From NCBI GenBank assembly GCA_965612865.1, contig CBFDTJ010000012.1, positions 1 through 26,570 of the forward strand: a DNA stretch of 26,570 bases, given 5' to 3'. The DNA comes from an uncultured bacterium. Lineage in GTDB: Bacteria > Caldisericota > Caldisericia > B22-G15. Position numbers and translations under genes: made by a program. Shown piece after piece: positions 8,893 through 18,810 of this stretch (position 1 is the first letter of the stretch; every line of letters begins with the position of its first letter). The notes below the pieces were generated by a model. It saw only the letters and a program-made list of their open reading frames with translations. It was not told where the DNA came from and did no database searches.

Positions 8893-10427
8893 GCCTCCAC
8901 CTCTTTTTTATCATATCTTTTCAAACCAAGCATGAGAAGTCCGAGCTCCTCCTCTGTTGCTTCCTCTACTGGTAGCTCACCTACAATCTCACCGTTAAAT
9001 AAAACTGCGATTCTATCTGACAACATCATTATCTCATCAAGTTCAAGGGATATAAGGAGAACCGCTTTTCCAGAATCTCTCTGTTCTACAAGCTTTTTAT
9101 GAACAAACTCTATGGCTCCAACATCCAATCCTCTTGTAGGCTGGGAAGCGATAAGTATATCAGGATCATAGGAAACTTCCCTTGCAACAACTACCTTCTG
9201 CTGGTTACCTCCAGATAGAGCCTCTGCTTTAAGTTTTGGATTATGGGGTCTTATATCATACTCAATAACTTTATTTCTTCCAAAGTCATCTATGTTCTTT
9301 CTGTTTAAAAATAGCCCTCTTGAGAAATAAGACTCTTTTTCTCTTCCAAGAAACAAATTGTAGGAGATTGTAAATGGTAGAACGAGACCCCTCTTTCTTC
9401 TATCCTCTGGAATGTGAGCAATTCCACTATTTCTAAAAAACCAGGGATCAAACTCCCTTACCTCTTCTCCCCTTATTATAATCTTTCCACTCTTAATTGG
9501 TCTTAATCCTGTTAGAGCTTCAACCAACTCCTTCTGCCCATTCCCTTCAACTCCCGCTATTCCAAGAATCTCGCTTCTTCTTAATTTAAAGGAAATTCCT
9601 TTTATAGCCGGGATACCTTTATCACTCATGACTACAAGATCTTTCACCTCAAGTATAACCTCTCCTGGCTCTTTCTCTTTTTTCGGAACTACAAAAACAA
9701 CATCTCTTCCAACCATTAACCTTGCTAACTCTCTCTCGTCTGTGTCCTTTGCGTTCTTTATTCCTCTAACCTTGCCATTCTTTAAAACTGCTATTCTATC
9801 TGCTATGGTAAGAACCTCTTTGAGTTTATGAGAGATAAATATGACAGTTTTTCCTTTCTTCTTTAAAGACCTTATGGTATCAAAAAGCTCCTCTGTCTCC
9901 TGAGGAGTTAACACCGCCGTTGGTTCGTCAAGGATAAGAATTTCTGCTCCACGGAATAGAACCTTTAAAATCTCCACCCTCTGTTGGATTCCAACGGGAA
10001 GATTCTCTATCTTCTCTTCAGGATCAACTTTAAGCCCATACATATCAGAGATTCTCTTTACCTCTTCTATGGCCTTTTTCTTGTCAAGCACAAATCCATT
10101 TTTTCTGAATTCTTCACCAAGAATTATGTTCTCATACACTGTAAACTTTGGTATTAACATGAAATGCTGGTGAACCATACCAATTCCCATTTCTATTGCC
10201 TTTTTAGGAGTGTTGTGTCTTATCTTTTTTCCAAAAACATATATCTCTCCTGAATCTGGTGTGTATAGACCATACAGAATGTTCATTAAAGTGGTCTTCC
10301 CCGCTCCATTTTCCCCAACAATAGCAAAAACTTCGCCCTTCTTTATGCTAAGAGATATGTTGTCGTTGGCTATAACCCCTGGAAAAATCTTTGTAACATT
10401 TTTAAGCTCAACAGCATACTCCTCCAA
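8889..10427 (-). CDS. Nucleoside/sugar ABC transporter ATPase with tandem domains (NupA/YufO-like)
   Basis: GENGAGKTT, GMVHQHF, LILDEPTAVLT, LSGGNQQK and QPTRGLDVGA. TTG start with GGAGGT SD. Confidence 0.93.
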   Translation of the reverse strand: MEEYAVELKNVTKIFPGVIANDNISLSIKKGEVFAIVGENGAGKTTLMNILYGLYTPDSGEIYVFGKKIRHNTPKKAIEMGIGMVHQHFMLIPKFTVYENIILGEEFRKNGFVLDKKKAIEEVKRISDMYGLKVDPEEKIENLPVGIQQRVEILKVLFRGAEILILDEPTAVLTPQETEELFDTIRSLKKKGKTVIFISHKLKEVLTIADRIAVLKNGKVRGIKNAKDTDERELARLMVGRDVVFVVPKKEKEPGEVILEVKDLVVMSDKGIPAIKGISFKLRRSEILGIAGVEGNGQKELVEALTGLRPIKSGKIIIRGEEVREFDPWFFRNSGIAHIPEDRRKRGLVLPFTISYNLFLGREKESYFSRGLFLNRKNIDDFGRNKVIEYDIRPHNPKLKAEALSGGNQQKVVVAREVSYDPDILIASQPTRGLDVGAIEFVHKKLVEQRDSGKAVLLISLELDEIMMLSDRIAVLFNGEIVGELPVEEATEEELGLLMLGLKRYDKKEVEA

Positions 10428-10444
10428 TTTTTACCTCCACTCTA

Positions 10445-10487
10445 TTAAAAAAGGGTGGGTGCTAAAAACACACCCACCCTTTTTTAA
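10445..10487. terminator. Intrinsic terminator-like hairpin between the BMP and ATPase genes
   Basis: Perfect 17-bp inverted repeat TTAAAAAAGGGTGGGTG-N9-CACCCACCCTTTTTTAA, with a T6 tract on both strands. Confidence 0.85.
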
Positions 10488-10499
10488 AAAGTTTACTCT

Positions 10500-11855
10500 T
10501 TATGGAATTTCAGGAGGAACAAAGGCATCTAACTCCTCATATGTGGATGGAACCTTGAATTCTCCCTTTGCAATCATCTCTTTAAGTTTATTCACCTTAT
10601 CAAGAACATCCTCTGGAATAATATCCTTTGTGTACTTCATAGGTGATAGACCTACTCCACCCTCCTTCACTCCAAGGAAGATATGGCCTGATTTAAATGT
10701 TCCCTCAACTACAGACTGAATGGAGAGCCAGACTGCGTAATCAACGTGTTTAATCATAGAGGTGAGAACCCTTCCTGGAGCAAGGTAATCCTGGTCAGAG
10801 TCAACACCAACTGCAAAGTACCCTTCTCCTCTTGTCTGTGCTTCTTTAATTACGCCAAGACCACAAGCACCAGATGCATGATACACAATATCAGCACCTG
10901 CATCAAACTGCTGTTTTGCAATCTTCTGACCATCATCTGCATTTGTGAAATTACCGGTATATCCCACAAGAACCTTGCAATCTGGATTTACAGTCTTAAC
11001 TCCTGCTCTGTATCCAGCTTCAAACTTATGGATGATAAAGAGGTCCATTCCACCAACAAAACCAACTATATTTGTCTTGGTCATCTGACCAACAAGAGCA
11101 CCAACAAGGAATGAACCCTCATGCTCATTAAATAGATAGCAGACTACGTTGGGAGGCGGATTCTCAATAAATCCATCAATAAGCATAAAGTATGTATCTG
11201 GATACTGAGTAGCAACCTCGTTTATTGCATCTGTAAGCATAAATCCTACACCAATAACAAGCTTACAACCCTCATCTGCAAGTTTCTTTAGATTTGGAAC
11301 ATAGTCCTCATTAGCTTTTGATTCAAGAACAAGAGGCTCTATATCAAACTTATGGATTCCACGATCAAGAAGATCTGGTGCCTCATCCTCTATGCTCTTT
11401 CTGTACTCTTCATCTGTAAGAGGCTTATATCCCTCACCTGCCACCATCTTTACACCAGCAGCCCAGTTTTCAAGACCACGAAGTGCAGAATCGTTGAAGG
11501 ATTTATCTCCTCTTCCACCTACGTCAGTGACAAGTCCTATCTTTATAACAGGTGTTAGTGCTACATCCTTTGTATTATCTCCTGCTTCAACTGTGAATGC
11601 CTCTGAATACTCTTTGTATCCTTCGGCAGTTACCTTAAGCGTCTGATCTCCTTTAGGAACATCTTTAATTTCATACTTTCCATCATTTCCTGTGGTGGCA
11701 CTCTTCCCTCCGATGGAAACTGCAGCACCTGCAATCGGGGAACCAGTTTTGGTATCTGTTACTGTCCCCATAACTGTGCCTGTCTTTTTAGCACATCCCG
11801 CAAACACTACACTAACTAAAATTAATACAATCAAGAAAGTTGCTATTTTCTTCAT
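10500..11855 (-). CDS. BMP/PnrA-family nucleoside-binding lipoprotein with N-terminal carboxypeptidase-regulatory-like beta-sandwich domain
   Basis: Lipobox FAG-C21. Residues ~25-102 read GTVTD..TG.PIAGA.V...TTG.DGKY.I..VP.G..TL.VTAEGY. These are followed by BMP motifs DVGGRGDKSFND, EHEGSFLVG, FVGGM, GVDSDQ and TSMIK.VD. Confidence 0.9.
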   Translation of the reverse strand: MKKIATFLIVLILVSVVFAGCAKKTGTVMGTVTDTKTGSPIAGAAVSIGGKSATTGNDGKYEIKDVPKGDQTLKVTAEGYKEYSEAFTVEAGDNTKDVALTPVIKIGLVTDVGGRGDKSFNDSALRGLENWAAGVKMVAGEGYKPLTDEEYRKSIEDEAPDLLDRGIHKFDIEPLVLESKANEDYVPNLKKLADEGCKLVIGVGFMLTDAINEVATQYPDTYFMLIDGFIENPPPNVVCYLFNEHEGSFLVGALVGQMTKTNIVGFVGGMDLFIIHKFEAGYRAGVKTVNPDCKVLVGYTGNFTNADDGQKIAKQQFDAGADIVYHASGACGLGVIKEAQTRGEGYFAVGVDSDQDYLAPGRVLTSMIKHVDYAVWLSIQSVVEGTFKSGHIFLGVKEGGVGLSPMKYTKDIIPEDVLDKVNKLKEMIAKGEFKVPSTYEELDAFVPPEIP

Positions 11856-11899
11856 TTGTCCCTCCTTCTAAATAAATTTTTGAAAAATATTATTTATTC

Positions 11900-11927
11900 T
11901 CACCTCCTTTCCAAGGAAATTATAGCA
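11900..11927 (-). promoter_or_regulatory. Internal BMP promoter and orphan Shine-Dalgarno
   Basis: TGCTATAAT (11919-11927) overlaps the upstream stop codon. AAAGGAGGTGA (11900-11910) has no start codon downstream at RBS spacing. The real SD, AAGGAGG, lies just before ATG 11855. Confidence 0.55.
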
Positions 11928-13533
11928 CAATTTTTGAGGAGTAGGTTATATTGGCGATTTTCATAATGTGATCGCCAATTCTTTCAAGATTGCTTACCAC
12001 ATCAAGATAAATTATTCCAGCTTCACTGGAGCATATTCCCTTATTTAACCTGTCAATGTGATGCTCTCTCATTATCTCCTCAAGTTTGTCAATAAAGTCT
12101 TCATTCAATTTTATTTTATTGTAAACCTCATCATTCATTTTGAAAAGATTTTCCTTTATAAGTGTATAGCTTTCACATATGGCTTTACAAATCTTTTCAA
12201 GCTCCTCGTAGGCATATTTGGAATAGGTTATATGGTCTTCAAGTCTCTGAAGTTCCAGTTGTGATGTATTAAATATGATATCTCCTATCCTTTCAAGCTG
12301 GGAAGATATAATAAGCATCTGGGGAACAAAAAATGCCTCTCTCTCAGGCAAATCAAGAGCAGCAATAAGAGGAACATACCTTGAAATTTCTCTGTTTATA
12401 AAGTTTATTGTATTCTCCCTTGTTTCAATTTCTTTGATCATCTTCTTATTCTTTGTGAAGATCATTTCTTTAAGTGCCATAAGGTTTTTATAAACTATTT
12501 CAGAAAGTCTTTCTGTCTCTTTTCTTAAAGAATCGAAGGCAAGGAGTGGACTTTTAAGCATACTCTTTGTGAGATATTTAGTTCCTGTTTCAACAACAAC
12601 TTCCTTCCCTGGAACAAGCTTCTTAACAAGATCAACAAAAAGTTTGATAAATGGGAGGAAAATCAGTGTATTTATAATATTAAAAAGAGTATGGGAATTA
12701 GCAATTTGCCTTACTGTATCTCCGCCAAGTGTCTTTATAAAATTAATATATGGATGGATTATTATAAGAAAAACAACAGCTCCCACTGTATTAAATATAA
12801 GATGAGATACAGCAGACCTTTTGGCAGATACACTGGTTCCAATACTAGCTAACATTGCAGTAACTGTGGTTCCTATGTTTGCACCAATGACAAGAGGAAA
12901 GGCAGAGGAAATATCAAGCAGTCCCTTCATTGCAAGAGCCTGAACAATACCTATACTTACACTACTGCTCTGTTCGATAGCGGTGAAGGTTGCACTGACA
13001 AGAACTCCTAAAACAGGAATTTTTCCAAACTTTACAAACAAATCTTTTACAGCCTGGGAGGTTTTTAAGGGCTCAACACTGCTTGCCATTATCTCAATTC
13101 CTATAAATATGAGTCCAAAGCCCATTATAGAAAGCCCCAGATATTTTATCTTTCTTTTAAATGGTAGGAAGTAGAGGAGAAAGCCCAATGCAAAGAATGG
13201 AATTCCGTATTTGGTTATCTTAAGAGCTATTATCTGTGCTGTAACTGTGGTACCAATATTTGCACCAAATATCACACCAACAGCCTGAGGGAGGCTCATC
13301 ATTCCTGAATTTACAAGACTTATAACCATAACCGTGGTGGCTGAACTTGATTGGATAACTGCTGTGACAAGAAAACCTATAAATACAGCAATAATTGGGT
13401 TTGAAGTAGCTTTTCTAAGAAATATCCTTAAATTTTCCGATGCTGCCTTTTGAATCCCCTCACTTGCAAGATGTATACCGTAAATAAAAAGAGCAATGCC
13501 GCCAACTAACTCAAGAATAAGATTGGCAACCAA
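11920..13533 (-). CDS. Na+/phosphate cotransporter (NptA/YjbB family) with PhoU-like C-terminal domains
   Basis: Two QSSS...GANIGTT repeats, IANSHTLFN, and two LERIGD PhoU-type motifs. Confidence 0.93.
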   Translation of the reverse strand: MVANLILELVGGIALFIYGIHLASEGIQKAASENLRIFLRKATSNPIIAVFIGFLVTAVIQSSSATTVMVISLVNSGMMSLPQAVGVIFGANIGTTVTAQIIALKITKYGIPFFALGFLLYFLPFKRKIKYLGLSIMGFGLIFIGIEIMASSVEPLKTSQAVKDLFVKFGKIPVLGVLVSATFTAIEQSSSVSIGIVQALAMKGLLDISSAFPLVIGANIGTTVTAMLASIGTSVSAKRSAVSHLIFNTVGAVVFLIIIHPYINFIKTLGGDTVRQIANSHTLFNIINTLIFLPFIKLFVDLVKKLVPGKEVVVETGTKYLTKSMLKSPLLAFDSLRKETERLSEIVYKNLMALKEMIFTKNKKMIKEIETRENTINFINREISRYVPLIAALDLPEREAFFVPQMLIISSQLERIGDIIFNTSQLELQRLEDHITYSKYAYEELEKICKAICESYTLIKENLFKMNDEVYNKIKLNEDFIDKLEEIMREHHIDRLNKGICSSEAGIIYLDVVSNLERIGDHIMKIANITYSSKIVL

Positions 13534-13536
13534 AAC

Positions 13537-15852
13537 TCACCTCCTTAAAGATACTTTTAACGCCTCCTCCACTCTGTCGATCAAAACAAAATTCAAATCT
13601 TTCTTTATTCTCTCAGAAATTTTATACAGATCATTCTCATTCTCTTTTGGAATTATCACCCTTTTTATACCAGCCCTATGTGCAGCAAGAACTTTTATCT
13701 TTATTCCTCCTACAGGTAAAACCTTTCCCCTTAACGTTATCTCCCCTGTCATGGCAACCTCTTTCTTCACTGGAATTCTGGTAAGAGCAGAAACCATTGC
13801 ACTCACAATTGCAACTCCTGCAGAAGGTCCATCCTTTGGAACAGCTCCCTCTGGAACATGAACGTGTATATCACATTTCTTATAGAACTCTTTATCCTTT
13901 ATCTTGAATTCATCCATATGTGCTCTCACGTAAGAGAGAGCTGCTTGAGCAGATTCTTTCATAACATCTCCAAGTTGACCGGTAAGAATCAGTCTCCCAT
14001 TACCCTTCATTACAAGAACCTCAATCTTTGTTATATCTCCACCAAAAGGAGTCCAGGCAAGTCCTGTGGCAACTCCAACCTCGTCCTTTTCCTCTTTTAT
14101 TCCAAATCTGTATATTGGAAATTCAAGATAGTCCTTTAGATTCCTCACTGTGATACGGACACCATTGAACCTGTTACTCTTAGAAACCTTTTCTTTTGCA
14201 ACCTTTCTCAACACCTTGGCTATTTTTCTCTCAAGTTCTCTAAGACCTGCTTCTCTTGTATACTCCCTTATCATCTTTAAATAAGCATGATCACTTATCT
14301 TTACATCTTTTTCAGTAAGACCATTGTACTTTAACTGTTTTGGGAATAGATACCTCTTTGCAATTTCAAGCTTCTCGTCTTCTGTGTAACCAGGCAGGTA
14401 AATCACTTCCATCCTGTCAAGAAGTGGTGGTGGTATGGTATGCGTTACGTTCCCTGTAGTTATAAACAGAACGTCTGAAAGATCAAAGGGAACTTCAATG
14501 TAGTGATCTGAGAAATGATGATTCTGATCTGGGTCCAGAGCTTCAAGTAAAGCAGCTGATGGATCTCCTCTAAAATCGACACCAATTTTATCTATCTCAT
14601 CAAGAAGAAAGACTGGATTTTTTGTTCCAGCATCCTTTATCCCCTGAATTATCCTTCCCGGCATTGCACCTACATATGTTCTTCTGTGTCCTCTAATCTC
14701 AGCCTCATCCCTTATTCCGCCTAAAGAAACATGTACAAATTTCCTACCAAGCGCTCTTGCTATGGATTTTCCAAGAGAAGTCTTTCCCACACCTGGAGGA
14801 CCTATAAAGCATAGAATTGGTGATCTTGGTTTCTTTGTAAGTTTTCTTACAGCAAGATATTCAAGTATTCTCTCCTTTATGTCCTTCAAACCATAGTGAT
14901 CCTCATCCAGTACATTTTTTGCAGCTTTAATATCCATTTTATCTTTTGTTTCCTTATCCCACGGGAGCGAGATAAGCCAATCAAGGTAGTTTCTTATAAC
15001 AGCGGCTTCCATAGCCATGGGTGGCATCTTTGCGAGTCTTTTAAGTTCCTGATCAATCTTTTCCATTACATATTGAGGAATCTTCCTCTTTTTGAGTTTC
15101 TCCTTGTAATCTTTTATCTCTTCAGAGAATTCCTCGGTCTCACCCAGTTCTCTCTTGATAGCCTTTAACTGCTCTCTCAGAAAGTATTCCCTCTGAGATT
15201 TATCCACCTGTGTTTTTACCTTTTCCTCAATCTCATGAGAGATCTTTAATAACTCAACTTCCTTTGCAAGTATCTTTGCAAGAAGTTCAAGTCTCTCCTG
15301 AACATCAAATATTTCAAGAATCTTTTGTTTCTCTGGAATTGAAATTGTAAGATTAGCTGCTATAATATCGGCAAGTTTTGAAGGATTCTCTGTATCCTGA
15401 AGCACAGAAAGAGTATCAATAGGGATCTTTTTTCCAAGTCTTATATACTCACTGAATAGATCTGAAAGCACCCTCGTAAGGGCTTCCACTCGTGGTGTAA
15501 TCTGGACTTTCTCTTCTATCTCTTCAACATCAACTTCAAAAAGTGGTTCACTCTTTAAGAACTCTTTAACTTTTACTCTGGATATGGCTTCAACAATGAT
15601 TCTTTCAGTTCCATCTGGAAGTTTTGCATGCTGAAGTATCCTTGCAAGTACTCCAACCTGATAGAGTTCTTCGGGTTTTGGGTCCTCAATCTCTTCCTTT
15701 TTCTGAGTTAAAAGCACAAGAAGGTTATTACTTTTAACAGCCTCATTTACTGCAAGAAGTGATTTATTTCTTCCAACAAAAATTGGTAGTATCATGTGTG
15801 GAAGAACAACTACATTTCTTAAAGGAAGCAGTGGAAAAACTGTTCTCTTCAT
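13537..15852 (-). CDS. lon: ATP-dependent protease La
   Basis: PLLPLRN N-domain, [16 protein letters not shown] and catalytic PKDGPSAG. The start is placed at ATG 15852 (GAGG SD, directly after the clpP stop) rather than 15879. Confidence 0.97.
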   Translation of the reverse strand: MKRTVFPLLPLRNVVVLPHMILPIFVGRNKSLLAVNEAVKSNNLLVLLTQKKEEIEDPKPEELYQVGVLARILQHAKLPDGTERIIVEAISRVKVKEFLKSEPLFEVDVEEIEEKVQITPRVEALTRVLSDLFSEYIRLGKKIPIDTLSVLQDTENPSKLADIIAANLTISIPEKQKILEIFDVQERLELLAKILAKEVELLKISHEIEEKVKTQVDKSQREYFLREQLKAIKRELGETEEFSEEIKDYKEKLKKRKIPQYVMEKIDQELKRLAKMPPMAMEAAVIRNYLDWLISLPWDKETKDKMDIKAAKNVLDEDHYGLKDIKERILEYLAVRKLTKKPRSPILCFIGPPGVGKTSLGKSIARALGRKFVHVSLGGIRDEAEIRGHRRTYVGAMPGRIIQGIKDAGTKNPVFLLDEIDKIGVDFRGDPSAALLEALDPDQNHHFSDHYIEVPFDLSDVLFITTGNVTHTIPPPLLDRMEVIYLPGYTEDEKLEIAKRYLFPKQLKYNGLTEKDVKISDHAYLKMIREYTREAGLRELERKIAKVLRKVAKEKVSKSNRFNGVRITVRNLKDYLEFPIYRFGIKEEKDEVGVATGLAWTPFGGDITKIEVLVMKGNGRLILTGQLGDVMKESAQAALSYVRAHMDEFKIKDKEFYKKCDIHVHVPEGAVPKDGPSAGVAIVSAMVSALTRIPVKKEVAMTGEITLRGKVLPVGGIKIKVLAAHRAGIKRVIIPKENENDLYKISERIKKDLNFVLIDRVEEALKVSLRR

Positions 15853-15853
15853 A

Positions 15854-16453
15854 TTAACCTCTCTTTTTAAAAACTTCATCTACAATACCATACTCCTTTG
15901 CCTCCTGGGCAGTCATATAATAATCTCTATCTGTATCCTTCTCTATTCTCTCCATTGGTTGACCAGTATGATGGGAGAGAATTTCGTTTATGGTATTCTT
16001 TATCCTCATTATCTCCTTTGCAACAATCTCAATATCCTTTGCCTGTCCCTGAACTCCTCCCCATGGCTGGTGGATCAAAATCCTTGAATTGGGAAGTGCA
16101 TATCTTTTCCCTTTTTCACCGGCAGCAAGAAGAACTGCTGCCATGCTTGCAGCCTGTCCAATACATATGGTTGAAACAGGGGATTTTATAAATTGCATGG
16201 TGTCGTAAACAGCTAAACCTGCAGTAACACTTCCACCGGGACTGTTTATATAGAGATTTATCATTCTATCTGGATCCTCAGCTTCAAGGAATAGAAGCTC
16301 TGCTATTATAGCATTTGCTACTGCGTCATTTATCTCGGTGCCCAAAAAAATTATTCTATCCTTAAGAAGTCTTGAATAAATATCATAGCTTCTCTCTCCA
16401 TAAGGAGTTTTTTCTATAACCCATGGAATTACCTGATTATATTCTTTCTTCAT
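15854..16453 (-). CDS. clpP: Clp protease proteolytic subunit
   Basis: [34 protein letters not shown] and TDRD. Confidence 0.98.
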   Translation of the reverse strand: MKKEYNQVIPWVIEKTPYGERSYDIYSRLLKDRIIFLGTEINDAVANAIIAELLFLEAEDPDRMINLYINSPGGSVTAGLAVYDTMQFIKSPVSTICIGQAASMAAVLLAAGEKGKRYALPNSRILIHQPWGGVQGQAKDIEIVAKEIMRIKNTINEILSHHTGQPMERIEKDTDRDYYMTAQEAKEYGIVDEVFKKRG

Positions 16454-17064
16454 GCTACACCTCTCTTCTTTAAAATATCCATAACCTCCTCATCCCTGAC
16501 CTCACCAAAATCTTCATAGAATTGACCAACTGCAAAGAAGACATCAGGAATAAGGAGTGAAACAAAAATGTCAACTTCCCTCTCTATTCTCTCCTTTGCA
16601 TCAATACTGGATACAGGAACAGCACAGACAATTTTATCTGGTTTTCTTTTTTTCAAAGCAAGTATTGAAACAAGCATGGTCTCTCCTGTGGCAAGTCCAT
16701 CGTCAACAACAATGGCAGTTTTTCCATTAAGGGAGGGAAGGCTTTTCCCTTCTCTAAATTTTTCTATTTTTTCTTTCACCACTCTTCTTCTATTTTCTAA
16801 AATATCCTCATCTAAAAAAACTCTCTCTCTTATTGAAATTACTCCTTCCTCAGATATAGCCCCTATGGCAAATTCAGGATTCATTGGGTGCGGAATCTTT
16901 GAAGAAACAACAACATCCAAGGGAGAATTCAAGATCTTCGAAACCTCATAAGCAACGACAACTCCCCCCCTTGGAATTCCAAAAACAACGGGGTTTTTGA
17001 GTTTAAATTCAAGTAATCTTTCTCCAAGAAGCCTTCCGGCTTCTCTCCTATTTCTGAACCTCAC
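16450..17064 (-). CDS. Type I phosphoribosyltransferase family protein of unknown substrate
   Basis: [19 protein letters not shown]-binding loop [12 protein letters not shown] and AVGQFYEDF. Confidence 0.88.
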   Translation of the reverse strand: MRFRNRREAGRLLGERLLEFKLKNPVVFGIPRGGVVVAYEVSKILNSPLDVVVSSKIPHPMNPEFAIGAISEEGVISIRERVFLDEDILENRRRVVKEKIEKFREGKSLPSLNGKTAIVVDDGLATGETMLVSILALKKRKPDKIVCAVPVSSIDAKERIEREVDIFVSLLIPDVFFAVGQFYEDFGEVRDEEVMDILKKRGVA

Positions 17065-17464
17065 TTTTTCCCTTTGCTATTTTCTGGGAGGTGGGAACAA
17101 CCTTTTGTTTCTCAAGCATATTGCATTTTCCGTCAAGTATGCCCCCTTCTTCAATGGCAATCTTTGGTGTTTCTACATCACCTTCAATCTTTCCAGTGTT
17201 CAGAATCTCAACCCTTTCCTTCACATGAACATTTCCAATAACTGTACCCATAGCTATAAGAGTTGAAGCCTTGATATTTGCTTCCACATTTCCTTTTTCA
17301 CCAACAGTTACTGTACCTTTGCAGTCTATCTCTCCCTTGACCTTTCCATCGATCCTTAGATTTCCCTGAGCAACTATCTTTCCATCAACTGAAGTACCTT
17401 CTCCAATATAGGACTGTCCGCTTTCTCCTTGAAACTCCTGCTTTACTGTTTTACCAAAAGGCAT
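17048..17464 (-). CDS. Bactofilin / polymer-forming cytoskeletal protein (CcmA family)
   Basis: Beta-helix repeats IGEGT.V.G.I...GNLRIDG.V.GEI...GKIEGDV.TP.IAIEEGG.LDG.C.M. SD AAAGGAGGT. Confidence 0.93.
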   Translation of the reverse strand: MPFGKTVKQEFQGESGQSYIGEGTSVDGKIVAQGNLRIDGKVKGEIDCKGTVTVGEKGNVEANIKASTLIAMGTVIGNVHVKERVEILNTGKIEGDVETPKIAIEEGGILDGKCNMLEKQKVVPTSQKIAKGKSEVQK

Positions 17465-17483
17465 CTATACCTCCTTTATTTTC

Positions 17484-17558
17484 TGGAGCGGGCAACGGGA
17501 TTCGAACCCGCGGCCCTCAGCTTGGGAAGCTGATGCTCTACCCCTGAGCTATGCCCGC
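17484..17558 (-). tRNA. tRNA-Gly(CCC)
   Basis: GCGGGCATAGCTCAGGGGTAGAGCATCAGCTTCCCAAGCTGAGGGCCGCGGGTTCGAATCCCGTTGCCCGCTCCA. Anticodon CCC, U73 discriminator. Confidence 0.97.
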
Positions 17559-17566
17559 TCGAATAT

Positions 17567-17575
17567 ATTATATCA
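17567..17575 (-). promoter_or_regulatory. Extended -10 promoter of tRNA-Gly
   Basis: TGATATAAT 8 nt upstream of the tRNA, with TTGTAT 18 nt upstream of the hexamer. Confidence 0.6.
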
Positions 17576-17581
17576 TTTTAG

Positions 17582-18340
17582 TTAATATCTATACAAATCA
17601 ACTATACTACCATCAGCATCTATTAGATAAACTGTATCGTGGTCATTGTTCCATACTGGAGTCCCATGATTCCAATAAAATCTGTTGTTTCCTGTTAAGC
17701 CTTTACCGGTATAGATTACTACCTCTTCCTCACCATCAATATATGAACCTTCGGGAAATATAAAAACGTTGTGGGATTCATCTTTAATTCTGAAATTTGA
17801 AAGATTCATGCCCTCTCTGGATGTGTTCTTCAAAACAACATATTCACCATTTAGGTTCTCTTCGTCTTTCCCTTCCGCATTATAATTAACTCTTTTAATT
17901 CTTACAGGATACTTGTGAAAGTTTCTCCACAATCCTCTTCTATTATCTCTTGCTTCTCTCTCAGCCTCCAAGAGTAAATCCCTGTATCTTTTGTTATCTT
18001 TATCCCTGTAAAGAAAGACAAGGCCCTTCCTTAAAAGTTCATAATTAACGAATATGTTTCCCACAAAGATATAGGCAAGGAGTCTTTTGTATTGATCTCT
18101 TTCCTCTCTATCAAATTCTAACTTTATCTTCTTTCCAAGAACCAACTCTCCGTTTTCTTTCTTTGCCTCCGCGTAAAATGGCTCTCCTGTCTCAGGTGCA
18201 TTTATGCCTATGTATCTTACCTTTTCCCCGGTAGATATAATTACAGTGTCTCCATCTATGACTTTTATAACTGAAACGGTTCTGGGTGAACAAGATATAA
18301 GAAAAAGAATTATAAAGAAAAGTATGGCTCTTTTATTCAT
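17582..18340 (-). CDS. Lipoprotein thermonuclease (SNase) with C-terminal lamin-tail domain
   Basis: Lipobox LIS-C. SNase motifs VIDGDT, VRYIGINAPE, DQYKRLLAY and EAR...RGLW. LTD motifs EYVVLKN, F.IKDE, FP.G, YTG.G and VWNND.DT.YL.D. The start is ATG 18340 or TTG 18346. Confidence 0.88.
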   Translation of the reverse strand: MNKRAILFFIILFLISCSPRTVSVIKVIDGDTVIISTGEKVRYIGINAPETGEPFYAEAKKENGELVLGKKIKLEFDREERDQYKRLLAYIFVGNIFVNYELLRKGLVFLYRDKDNKRYRDLLLEAEREARDNRRGLWRNFHKYPVRIKRVNYNAEGKDEENLNGEYVVLKNTSREGMNLSNFRIKDESHNVFIFPEGSYIDGEEEVVIYTGKGLTGNNRFYWNHGTPVWNNDHDTVYLIDADGSIVDLYRY

Positions 18341-18803
18341 TATCAAATAGATTGTCTTTAAAAAACTCTATTTCATTATCTGTAAGCCTATTCTCTTCAC
18401 ATCTCTTTTTTAAATGGAGTATATCATCCCTTATCTCAAAAACAACTCTCCTTATTCCTCCAAGTGGAAATTTTGTATCACCAGCATATCTTGGGATTAC
18501 ATGTATATGTATGTGAGGTATGCTTTGTCCAGCAGGTTCTCCAAGATTAAACCCGATGTTGAAGCCATCAGGTTTCAAAAGATTCTCAAGACCTCTCTTA
18601 ATCACCTTAACGGTCCTCACTATATCCATCCATTCAATATCTTCCAGTTCCTCGATACTCTCAACATGCCTCTTTGGAATGACAAGAGTATGCCCTCTTG
18701 AAACAGGATATAAATCAAGAAGTGCAAAGGAGTGCTCTCCTTCATAAACAACCCTTTCTTTATCTGGCTTACAGAATGGACAATTTTCGCGATTTCTCTT
18801 CAC
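18333..18803 (-). CDS. HIT family nucleotide hydrolase
   Basis: CPFC, GHTLVIPKRH and GFNIG.N.G..AGQSIPHIHIHVIPR. The start is probably GTG 18803, since the -10 box lies inside the longer ORF starting at 18827. Confidence 0.92.
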   Translation of the reverse strand: MKRNRENCPFCKPDKERVVYEGEHSFALLDLYPVSRGHTLVIPKRHVESIEELEDIEWMDIVRTVKVIKRGLENLLKPDGFNIGFNLGEPAGQSIPHIHIHVIPRYAGDTKFPLGGIRRVVFEIRDDILHLKKRCEENRLTDNEIEFFKDNLFDNE

Positions 18804-18810
18804 AGAAAAA

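Noticed and set aside
15853..15879. Longer ORF-track starts for lon (15879), pncC (5915), HIT (18827) and permease (25104)
   Set aside because: Downstream starts have better SD or promoter context and smaller overlaps.
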